From assembly GCF_009914755.1 (NCBI RefSeq), contig NC_060929.1: a stretch of DNA of 64,000 bases, one strand, 5' to 3'. Source of the DNA: the human T2T-CHM13v2.0 reference genome, Homo sapiens. The translations under genes were made by a program, and so were the position numbers. Below are positions 18,589 through 31,312 of this stretch, in pieces. Numbering within the stretch: position 1 is the stretch's first letter; each line of letters opens with the position of its first letter. The notes beneath the pieces were generated by a model. The model did no database searches, was not told the DNA's origin, and was given only the letters and a program-made list of their open reading frames with translations.

Positions 18589-19729
18589 GATGGAAAGATG
18601 CAGTTTGAAGATGTGTGTGAATGCACTCATTCAGTCCCTCAGCAGCTATGACTGGCACCTCCTATGCTCCAGGCGCTGCCCTGCCCCTGCGAAGGCAGTG
18701 GTGATGGAGGGACAAGGGCCCTGGCCTCATGGAGCTTACACTGGGGCAGGGGGGCAGACAATAAATACACAAATAGGAGACTCCCAGAGTCAAGGTGCCC
18801 TGCAGAATACAGAACAAGGTCAAGAGTGTCTGGGGAGTGCTGCTTTCACTGGGGTGACCTCCCGGAGAAGTAGAGTGAAAGGGGCCAGCCTTTAAAAAGC
18901 AGAATTATCAGCCAAAGTGGTGCAAGCAAACTTGGCTTTGCAGGAAAACAGAGAAGAGGCCAGTGTGGCTGGATGCACAGAGCCAGAAAGGTGGGTGGGC
19001 AGGAGGCAGCCCCTGCAGCTGGAAACCAGGAGCAGGTTCAGATGTGGTTCCCACTGAGAAGGAGGGTCCTCGGAGACCTCCTTGGAGACCCTGAAGGAGG
19101 GTCTCCACTGAGAAGGAGGGTTTGAGGAAGCAAGTGTCATGAACAGGGAAGAGACCTGGCTATGAGTGAGCTATGTGAACTGTACACAGCACTGCACACC
19201 CACGAGCTATGACGCATTTGATCTTCTGGGGTCCCCGTTGTGGAGGGTTAATCTCCAGATTCTGGAGGGTTCTGTTTTGTCCTCTGGGCAAACAGGTATA
19301 CTTTGGTGCTAAGTCAGCTACAATCTGTTCTTCTCATTTCCTTCCCTCTTTGCCTTTCCCGGCTCTGGCGGGCTCTGCACCTGGATTCTGACCTAACCCA
19401 GGATGTCCCCATCTGAGCCACTGGAGGGCAGGCCACAGTGGCAGTCACCAAGTAGGCAATGGGGCCACAGGGCAGGCCCCACCCGGGGCAGTCCTCCAGG
19501 GAAACAAGGCCTAGGAGGGCGAGAGCAGAGAGGACAGTCTAGAAGAAGAGGGAAAATTAATGCCGGGTGGAGATTAACTGGTGATTGTGTGGAGAAACTG
19601 AGGCCTGGAGAGAGGAAGGGACTTATCTAGAGTCACGTGGCTAGTCAGAAACACCCGGGACTAGGTCCCAAGTCTCTAGCAGACCCCACTGTGAGGCCTT
19701 CTCACGAAGCCCAGAAATCTAAGCGTTCT

Positions 19730-20063
19730 GGCCAGGCATGCTGGTTCACCCCTGTATAATCCCAGCACTTTGAGAGGCTGAGGCGGGTGGATCACCTGAA
19801 CTCAGGAGTTCGAGACCAGCCTGGGCAACATGGTGAAACCCGGTCTCTACCAAAATACAAAAAATTGGCCAGGCATGGTGGCATATTCCTGTAGTCCCAG
19901 CTGTGCAGGAGGCTGAGGCATGAGAATCACTTGAGCCCGGGAGGTGGAGGTTGAGCCGAGATAATGCCACTGCACTCCAGCCTGGGTGACAGAGTGAGAC
20001 TCCATCTCAAAAATAAATAAATAAATAAATTTTAAAAATTAAAAATAAATAATAAATAAAAAT
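19730..20063 (+). mobile_element. Alu with (TAAA)n tail
   Basis: TSD aaatctaagcgttct/aaatctaagtggtcct. Confidence 0.95.
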
Positions 20064-20447
20064 AAATCTAAGTGGTCCTAGCGCGTAATAATAATAATAA
20101 CAACAATGGCTAATCATCATTAAGCTCCCCCTCTGTGACAGCATTCAAAGGCATTTTCATGTTTAGTTCTTCTGCTTCTCACAACAACTGTATGAGATAG
20201 GAGCTATTAGCATCTCAGTTTTATAGAGGAGACAACAGGTGAGTTTACACCACAGGATTCCAGCTTTAGTCTATTGCCTCCAGAGCCCCACTCTTAACAA
20301 CCACGCTGGCTGCATTATTAGAAAAGCAAGCCACAAGGCTCAGAGAGGGGAAACGGCTTATCAGGGCCACTCTAGCCAGCACTAACACTCATGTTGTAGT
20401 CACTGTCCTATACTATTCCCCAGAAGATATGTCTTCTTTGTCTTTAT

Positions 20448-20850
<403 letters not shown>

Positions 20851-21116
20851 TAATTGTTGCAGTTTCATTCTGTGTATTTAGCAAGAAAAGAGGGCAGTTT
20901 CAGGAAGGAAGGGGACCAAACAAATACCCTGGCTGGGCCTGGTTGTGACAGAAAGAACATGAGCTTTTTGTGAAGTCAACATTTCGTTGCTGCAAATCTA
21001 TGGGATCTGCGACAAGCCATTTCGACTTGCTCGGCCTCAGTTTTTTCGTCTAGAAAAATAAGGATAAAATGCCTAGCCTCACAGGGCATGGATTAACTCA
21101 ATTAATGAATATAAAG

Positions 21117-21306
21117 CAGGGGTTGACGATATTTTTTCTCCCAAGGAGCAGAGAGTAGATCTTTTCGGCTTCGTAAGCCATACAATTTCTGCCACAACTT
21201 CTCAACTCTATCTTTGTTGCACAAAACCAACCATAGGCAATATGTATTTACAAAAACAGGCAGTAGGCTGGATTTGGCTCCCTGGCCATGGTGTGGTGAT
21301 ACCTGA
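21117..21306. mobile_element. MER58-like hAT-Charlie MITE
   Basis: caggggttgac...atttacaaaaacaggcagtaggctggatttggc...cctg. Confidence 0.75.
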
Positions 21307-21619
21307 TCAAAATCAGTCCAAGCCAGGGATACATAGGACTTCATCATGACTTTCATGAGCTCTAGGTACTTGTGCCTTCATGGGTCCTTCTTACCATAGC
21401 AGAAGTCTGTTGGCCCTAGAAATTTTTTTTTTAACGTGAAAAAATTATCTTATGATTTTTTAGAAGAAATTAAAATATTTTGAGGGTCCATAAAAGTATC
21501 GTGGCCCTTAGCTCTGTGCCTATGTGCCTGATGGATCGGTCAGCACTTGGCAAGCCACAAGCAGGTGCTCAGGGAAGTGAGACTTCCCTCCCCATCTCCT
21601 TCCCTTTACTGAGTCTACC

Positions 21620-22003
21620 TGTGTATTTGTCTGCTCCAGGCTGCTATAACAAAATACAACAGACTGGTGGCTTGAACAACAGAAATGTGTTTTCTCACAG
21701 TTCAGGAGGCTGGAAGTCTGAGATCAAGGTGTCCATACGGTCACTTTCTGGTAAGACCTCTCTTCCTGGCTTATAGGTGGCCACCATCTCACTGTGTGCA
21801 CATCTGACCTCTTTGAGCATGTGCAGAGAAACAGCGCTCTGGTATTGCTTCTTGGAAGGAAACTAATCCTACAGGATCAGAAACCCATTCTTGTGACCAC
21901 CTCATTTAGCCTTTATTACTTCCTTAATATCTCCAAATACAGCCACACTGAGAGTTAAGGCTTCAACATATGAATTCTGGGCGAGACATAGTCCATCTAT
22001 AGC
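21620..22003 (-). mobile_element. MLT1A-like MaLR LTR
   Basis: gctgctataacaaaatacaacagactggtggcttgaacaacagaaat...ttcaacatatgaattc. Confidence 0.8.
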
Positions 22004-22281
22004 AGCCTGGAATTGGATAAGGGGAGGAAGCAGGAAGACTTCTGCATGGCAGCTTACAAGATAGTATCTGTGAGCGCAGGCTCTGCAATGAGGTAGCCTG
22101 GGCTTTAGATCCTAGTGGACTTTCACTGGCATTTACCAGAGAAGTCATTTCACTTTTCCTGCCCTCAAGTTCCCCAGGTAAAATGAGGATAGCTATGGTT
22201 TCCACCTCACTGGACTGCTATGGAATGTGTGGCAGAAATTCAAGAGAGGATCTGGCACATGGTAAGCACTAGATCAATGTT

Positions 22282-23170
22282 AGTGATGGTGATGGTAAGG
22301 ATGATGATCATGGTGATGGTGATGGTGGTGACAGTGATGGTGATGGTGAGAATGATGATGATGATGGTGATGGTGGTGATGGTGAGGATGACAATGGTGA
22401 TGGTGAGGATGATGATAGCGATGGTGAATGATGATAATTATTACTGTGGTGATTATAATTATGGTGATGATGGTGAGGATGATGATGGTGAGGATGATGA
22501 TGGTAAGGATGATGATGGTGATGGTGATAATGTTGGTAATGGTGATGATGGTGATGGTGATGATAAGGATAATGATGGTGGTACTGATTATGGTGATGAT
22601 GATGATGCTGAGGATGAGGATGATGATGATGATAGTGATTGCTATGTTTTAAATGTTTTTGTCCTTGCCAAAATTCATGTTGAAACTTAATCTCTAATGC
22701 AACAGTATTGGGAGGTGTAGCCTTTGGGAGGTGATTGAGTCGTGAGGGCTTTGCTCTCATGAATGGCAGTTAGGTGCCCTTGTAAAAGGGCTTCATGAGG
22801 GGAGTTCACCTCTTTTTGCCCTTTCCATTCCTTCCACCATGTGAGGACATGGCATTCCTTCGCTCTGGAGGATAGAGCAACAAGGCGCCATCTTAGAAGT
22901 GGAGACTGGGCTCTCACCAGACACCAGACCTGCTGGTGCTTTGATCTTGGATTTCCCAACCTTTGGTACTGTCAGAAATAAATTTCTATTGTTTATAAAT
23001 TACCCAGGCTATGGCATTTTCTTATAGCAGCATAAATGGACTAAAACAGTGATGATGATGGTGATGTTGATAATGGTGATGGTGATGGTGATGATAATAG
23101 CAAGGATGATGGGATGATGGTGGTGATGGGTGATAGTGATGATAATATAATGGTGATGATAAGGATGATC
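22282..23170. repeat. Degenerate (GAT/GGT)n trinucleotide tract, split by an MST LTR
   Basis: gatggtgatggt... at 22,282-22,639 and 23,049-23,170. Confidence 0.95.
22640..23048 (+). mobile_element. MST (MSTD-like) MaLR solo LTR
   Basis: tgctatgttttaaatg...gcagcataaatggactaaaaca; perfect 5-bp TSD gtgat. Confidence 0.85.
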
Positions 23171-23319
23171 TTATAAGAAATGCACAGACAGTGGTTGCAT
23201 GTCCCCAGTGCCTGGGATCTTTTAGCTGAACCTAAGTCTTTCCCATTACCAATGCAAGGAAGACCCACCAAAAGCAGTAGATGCTGGCATCTCTGGGTGA
23301 GAACACTGACACTTAATCT

Positions 23320-24082
23320 CTTTTTCTGGGCTCCTTGCAAACAAACTATCTGTTTAAACTCTTCTTCCAGATGGACAAATAATTGTCCCTTCATTCATCT
23401 CCAATACTCTGACACCTACTAAATGTCTTGAAGTTACCATCAGACTCACAGGTTTAAGAGCTCGGGACATCACATGACTGCCTCCACTGCAGATGCCAGC
23501 CAAACGTTTCAGGTACCACTCACACTTCTAAAGAGCCAGCTCTAAATTCACGGGTCCCAGACTCCCTCGGATTTAGTAGTTCTCATAGAACTCATTGAAA
23601 ATACTAGATTACAATCACAGTTTTATTACAAAGGATACAGAGAAGGACCAACTGAGTGAAGAGGCACAAGGCAAGGTTTGAAGAGAGGGGTGCAGAGCTT
23701 CTGTGACCTCTCCTTGTGGAATCCAGAAACACTGCTTTCCTGGCACATCAGTGTGTTCACCAATTAGGAAGCTCCACCAAGCCTTGGTGTCCAGAGTTTT
23801 TATTGGGGTTTGATTTTGTGGGCATGACTGGTTAAGTCACTGGCTGTGTGATTGAACGCAGCCTCCAACCCCCTTCCTTCCCCAGAGCTTGGGCTGGCCC
23901 AAAATACCAACCCTCTAATCTCATGGTTAATCTTTCTGGTAACCAATCCCCATCCTAAAACTATCTAGGGGCCTACCTCCTTAGCATAACAAAGACCCTT
24001 TTAGAACTCAGAAAATTCCAAACATTTTTGGAGCTCAGTGCCAGAAATGGGAATGGAAACCAGATACATTCTTATTATAGCA
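23320..24082 (-). mobile_element. MER21-like LTR
   Basis: ccagagtttttattggggttt...agaaaattcca...ttcttattatagca; left boundary approximate. Confidence 0.7.
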
Positions 24083-24305
24083 GACTTTCCTTAGGCAGCC
24101 CCCTCTTCTCCCTCCTCAAACTCTTAATTGAATTTCTAAGATCTGAAATTTTTCCTTTGAACTTGGGAGACATCTTGTCCCTGGAAATGACATTGGCAAG
24201 AGCCGATCTTATCCCTTAGCCATATGGGGGCTTATTCTGCTTATGTTTAGATAACCACAGACCCTCCCTTAACCTCCTTCTGATCTGGAGCTGGAGCTTC
24301 AGGTC

Positions 24306-24736
24306 AGTTGTGCTGGACCCCTGTTGACTCCAGTAGGGATGGCACCATGTCCAAGAGGCTGAAGAAGAGACCCGAAGCCAGTGAATAATACACAGGGTTT
24401 TTTGAGGGCTTACACATGGGATAGTCTAAGGGCAGTGGGCTGGACAGGAGAACCACTGCCATTTGTAAAAAACATGTAGTTTATACAGCAATCTTCACTT
24501 AGCACACTCTACCTAGCAACTTCTATTTAACCCAAAACAAAGGCCTCCATCTCCTGTATGGCCTTCATTCCAAGGAATGGGCCAGGGGTTCAGATGTTCT
24601 TTGTAGATAAAGAGTGAATCTCTGAGTTGGCTACTCCCGAATTCCCTAGCTCAAAACTCTGAACTGACATTCTTAGACCATAGGGTCATTCTCAGGGTAT
24701 GCTTGAGTTATTGCTGTCAGGTGTGTCTTCTGTACA
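24306..24736 (-). mobile_element. ERVL-type solo LTR (LTR47-like)
   Basis: Perfect 5-bp TSD aggtc; ends gggtcattctcagggtatgcttgagttattgctgtcaggtg...gtaca. Confidence 0.7.
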
Positions 24737-25006
24737 AGGTCTGAACCCCACTTCCTGGGCTGAGGCTGGGGCCCTCACCCACCTATGTCCTCTGATGGAT
24801 CTGCCCAGATTCCCCTGTCTCACCTGGCCACTGCCCAAGACCCCTGGCTGTGCTTTCTTGACTCACCCCAACTTCAGATCCTGAGCTAGAGAAACGTAAA
24901 AAAAATTCTGATTTGGAATGAGTCTTAAAAAGATGTAAGTCCAACTGCCAATAACACATTCCCAGCTCTGCCATTTGCTAGTTGGATGATCTAGAGCAAA
25001 TCACTT

Positions 25007-25587
25007 TGTAAGCAGACGGGGAGGGTCTCCAGGGACTATAGGAATTTAATCAACTCGAGCAATCAGCCTGTTTTACAGCCTTCTGCCTTGCAGCCTGTTT
25101 TTCCCCAAGCCCCATGTGGAATGCTGTCATCTAGTCAGTTGGAAGCAGCGCCTGACAGACCTCGGCAACTCAGAGATGAACCCAAGTGAACTTTCCTCAC
25201 CACCGTGCTGAAGTCTTACCCATGGAGGAGCTATAGCTTCATTGCCGTAACATGCTACCTATGTGCTGGCATGAGGACTCACTGCATCTGTGCCACTGGG
25301 ACCCGTCCTCTGCATGCGATGATGCACCCTCTCCCCTCTCCATCACCCCATAAAACCCTCCTCTCATTTTCTCTCAGGGAGACACTGCTTTGGAGAATAT
25401 TCCCAGTGCTTTTTTTTACTTTGACAATTTTCCCTCGGGGAGACACTGCTTTGAAGAATACTCCCAGTGCTTTTTTTTTTACTTGTGACAAGTAATAAAA
25501 CTCCTATTGATCAAAACCTGTATTCTCATGGAGAGTTGTTTGTTACTCACTAGGTGAACAAATCAAGCCTGTTTTTGGGGGGTAACA
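25007..25587 (+). mobile_element. ERV1 solo LTR (MER84-like) inserted in a MIR
   Basis: TG...CA termini, AATAAA near 25,494, 4-bp TSD actt/gctt; internal ~62-bp tandem duplication. Confidence 0.7.
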
Positions 25588-26520
25588 GCTTCAAATTCAG
25601 AAGATTCTATTTCCTCATCTGGAAACAAGAAAAAGAATGCTGCAGGAGTCAGGACTACTCTAGGCTTTGCTGGGGTAACAAAATTACATCCTAACCTAAA
25701 AGAGGTGACTTGCCCCTCATATCCCCACTCACAGTGCTGCTCCATCTTGCAACTCTGTCATCTAAGGCACGTGTTCTGGAAGGTCACCAGGGCAGGCAGA
25801 AGAAAAGCAATGGAGGGGGCACACTGGCTTTCAGTTGCCTTGGCCAAAAAGTGACCGATGTTACTTCCACACACAAGCTACTGGCCAGAAAGAGTCACAT
25901 GGCTCCCAAATACTTGCAGGAATTTCTGGAGTTTTGCAGGAATTTTTGTCTATGTGCTATTTGGCAAGCACCTACAGTCTTTCCCACAGGTCCTTTGGCT
26001 CATTGGTTGGGAAAATCGGAGAGCTAATGGACATCAAAACTCCAGCCACAGAGCAGGTGATTGCCAAATGCAGTTTTCCGTTCCCACAAAAAGCCTCTGT
26101 TTTGCCTGGTAAGGCTTTGGTATTGGTAAGAGGTCATTTCCATTTGTGCTATTTTCACAGTGGGGTGTCCTTACCTCCTGGCTGCCCAGATGGGGCAGGT
26201 CCTAGGGGTGTGGCTGCTGGGACAGTTTGGGCTGGGCTGTGGAAAGCTCTGCAGAGGCAACCATGTTATTCCTCCCAACTCCTCCCCAGAGTCAGAGATC
26301 ACTAGCATCATTAGAGAGCCAACTGCCCAGCCTTCCAATCAAAGCCATTGGCAGAGCTTATCTCAAATGTCACTGTCCTTCGCCTTAGCAGCCAAAGGTC
26401 AAAAACAATCTGACTTCGGGCTGTTGTTTTCTATTTTCTGGCAAAGTTTACTCCGTGTTGCTGTAACTGAGTTGGTTAGTAGAAGACAGCACAAGACATG
26501 CAGTCAAGATAAAAACAACA

Positions 26521-26895
<375 letters not shown>

Positions 26896-27559
26896 TTACA
26901 AGAATTGTCCCATTTAACTCTCTTAACAACCCTATGAGAAAGACCCTATTAGTGTCCTCATTTGACAAGTGGGCAAACTGAGGCACAGAACAGTAGGAAA
27001 ACTGTCCTGAGGTCATAGTTGGCACATGGCAGGGCCAAGATTCAAACCCAGGTCTGCCCGACTCCATGGCCTCAGTCCTGGACCACCAGACTCTACACCT
27101 GGGCCCAACAGCGTCCTTGCTGCTCACCGGTGGCAGGCACACTTTACAACACAAAGAACCCCTGCCCCTCAGGGTGTGCGAGGATTAAACTCGTTCATCT
27201 GAAAGACTGAGTCTGCAAGTGTTTACCAAGTGTCCACACTGTCCAAGGACCTGGCCCAGTTCTGGGGTTCAGGAGATGAATCAGATCTGGGTTTTTCAAG
27301 AGCTCATGATCCAGGTTAGTAATGGTTCCCATGGCCCTGTGACGGAGGCCATGTGTGGGATGGAGGCCATGGAGGATGCAGGGAGGAACCAGGAAGATGG
27401 ACCAGTGGGGCAGGCGGAGCAAGGGAAGGTCAAGAAAGAGCTCAGACTTCACCAATGAGTAGGTCAAAAAAGGGAGGTCATGCCAGGCAGAGACCAGCCT
27501 TGGCCAAGGTGTGGATTGGTATTGCTGAAGTGTAAAACCCAGGACAGGGGCATGGCAGG

Positions 27560-28270
<711 letters not shown>

Positions 28271-29967
28271 TCAGGGACACTTTAAGGGATGTTACTGGAC
28301 AGTAGTCCAGTAGTCCAGGGGACAGAAGGTTTGTTTATTCATTTATTCATTTATTAAGTGAGTATCCATACAGCACCAAAAGATCCTGACACTGCAAGGG
28401 GGATTGTGGATACAGCAGTGAACAAGGCACAGAGCTTAAGGTGTGGGGGAGGAAGATGGGCAGTAAGAGCGCAGACAAGTGGTCAAGTACATAACAGTTT
28501 CAGAACGACAGGGCCATGAATAAGGAGAAGTGCCTTGAATGCCAGGCCCAGGGAGCTGAGGTGCTGGAGAGCCCACTACCTCAGAGGAGGTGTGGGCAGA
28601 GGAGGGATGAGGTTAGATTTGTGTTTCAGAGGCTTGCCCTATGCAGGAGGGAAGGGACCTGGGGGAGCAGGAGCCACATGGTGGCCAGACACATTGCGGC
28701 TGTTCAGGGAATGCTGTGGAATCTGGGTCTCGGTATGGCATGCCTCCTGATCAGGGCCTGCACCAACCTGCTTCTGGCTGCTGGGTCCCCAAGGACATCT
28801 GCAGGCAGGGCTAGACGCCTCCAAATCACAGCTGACCCCGAGCCAGGGAGAAAGGGGGAAAGGGACATCTTGATAAGCCAAAGGCCTCTGGTATTTTGGC
28901 TTATCATCTCCTGAAGAAGGAGACAGCCAAGTCCTGGTGCTCTGCTGCTGACTGGCTGAGGATGGCTGAGGCCTCGGCGGGGTTTCCCTAGGACTGCATC
29001 CACCCCTGAATGATGGAAAGAACCCTGGCTGGGAGTCAAGAGGCTTGAGCTCAACTGATGCTTCCACCCCCGACTTGCTCTGTGCCCACAGGCAGGCTGC
29101 TAGCCCACACTGGGCTGAATCCTTCTCAGCAAAATGAGGGAAATAATCCCACCTTCCCACTGCACAGGGCTATGGGAAGGAGCAAGGCAGATCATCCATT
29201 CATTCCTCATCCAGCAAGTTCTAATTAAGCACATACTGCGTGGGTAGGGGCACTCAGTGCCAGGTGGGAGGGGCGGTGCAGCCAGCAGAATAAGAAATCA
29301 CTTGTATTTGTTAAGTGCTGCTTATGACCCAGGCTCCTCTCTAATAATATCATGTGGATTTGCTTCATTTAATTTCCACAGCAACCCAATGAGATGGGTT
29401 CTCTCATCACCCTCTTTTTATGTACAAAGAAACTAAGGCAGAAAACAGCTACGTCCCTTGCCTGTAGGGAGGGCCCACAGTGAGTAGTAAACAGGGACGT
29501 GAATTTGGTCTGAGTCCAGAGCCCATCCTTCTATCCACTAAGCTACACTGCTTGCCCGTCCACACACAGCTCACAGCCCAGGTGAGGGGGATGCTGTTTA
29601 AAAAAACCCAAGAAACAAGTGAAGGGTGAAACTGAAAAGTTGTGTGGCATAAAGTTACAAGGGATCAGAGATGGGAGGAGTGGGCAGAAGTGGCCCTCTA
29701 GGGAGCCCAGAAGAGGGAGTGGCAGCTGGCAGAGGGAAGAGGGAGACGCCCAGTGTGTGGGGCATGGTAGGCTGTGGTGGGAGGGTCAGGACACAGCGGG
29801 GCTCAGAGGCTGCAGGCCTGGGAGGCCTCTACAGGGAGTTTGCTCTTTACTCCAAGAGTATTGAGAAGCCACTGGAGAGATGCGAGCTGATTTAGGTTCT
29901 AGGAAGAATCCTCTGGACCCAGAGGACCACAAGTGGACACAAGGAGACCATTCAAGAGACACGGCAC

Positions 29968-30205
29968 GATGGAGGGCGATCTGGTTGTGACATCTATCAC
30001 CCCACTGGATTGCCAAAGCCGATTCAGCTGATCTGGCTGGCTAGGCGGGTGTCCCCTTCCTCCCTCAACCCTCCACATGTGTCCCTCCCAAAGCTGTATG
30101 CTCAGTCAAAGGGGGCGACCTTCCCTGAGAGAGGAGGGCCATTCTTCTGTTAAGGGTATAAAAGTAGCTGTGCTCCCCTGCTAGAACCTCCAAACCAGCT
30201 CTTGA
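29968..30205 (+). pseudogene. RN7SKP33: 7SK snRNA retropseudogene, 3'-truncated (~first 240 nt)
   Basis: Collinear with 7SK: gatggagggcgatctggttgtgacatct...ctgatctggctggctaggcgggtgtccccttcctccctca...gtagctgtgctcccctgctagaacctccaaac. CpGs decayed; degenerate TSD agagacacggcac/agaggcactgcag. The 7SK origin is near certain; the pseudogene number is from recall. Confidence 0.9.
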
Positions 30206-30833
30206 GAGGCACTGCAGTGAGCCCAGTGAGAGAAACAAGGTGGTGCCCACGGGGCTGGGAAGAAGAAGGCAGCTTTGGGCAGGACACAGCAGAATAGAGT
30301 TGACAGCAGTGCATGGGTAAGGAGGGTGACTGTGGGAAGCTTGGTACATGGCACAAAACATGGATCTCAGAGACAGCTTTGCAGGAAACAAAGTAAGAGT
30401 CAGAACAAAACCAAAGTGGAGAAGGAACAGGTGGACCCAGCCAGACCCGGAAACCCTGGCTCCATCCCCACCAGCCATGTGACTTCCAGCAAGTCACTTC
30501 ACCTTCCTAACCCTCGCTTTCCCTGTCTCCAAAACAAGGATATAAACACCCACATCTCACGAAATTGTTGAGATCATGAAAGCGATAGCTCCTGCCACGT
30601 GGGTTTAAATCACTGCATATCATTAGCTGGAATTTGCTGAGCATGTACTACATGCCAAATGCTATGCCATGTGTTCTGTACAAGATCTCATTAATCCTCC
30701 CAACATCCCAGTGAGGTAGGGCAGAGTTATTCCATTCATTATTCAGTGAGACTCAGAGAGTGAAGTGATTTGCCCAAGATCACATAGTGACTAAATGTAG
30801 GACTAGAATTTAAACACAGAAAGGTCTTGTTCC

Positions 30834-31312
<479 letters not shown>

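Noticed and set aside
22220-22760. Poly-Asp, poly-His and poly-Met ORFs
   Set aside because: Translations of a (GAT/GGT)n microsatellite running into an MST LTR.
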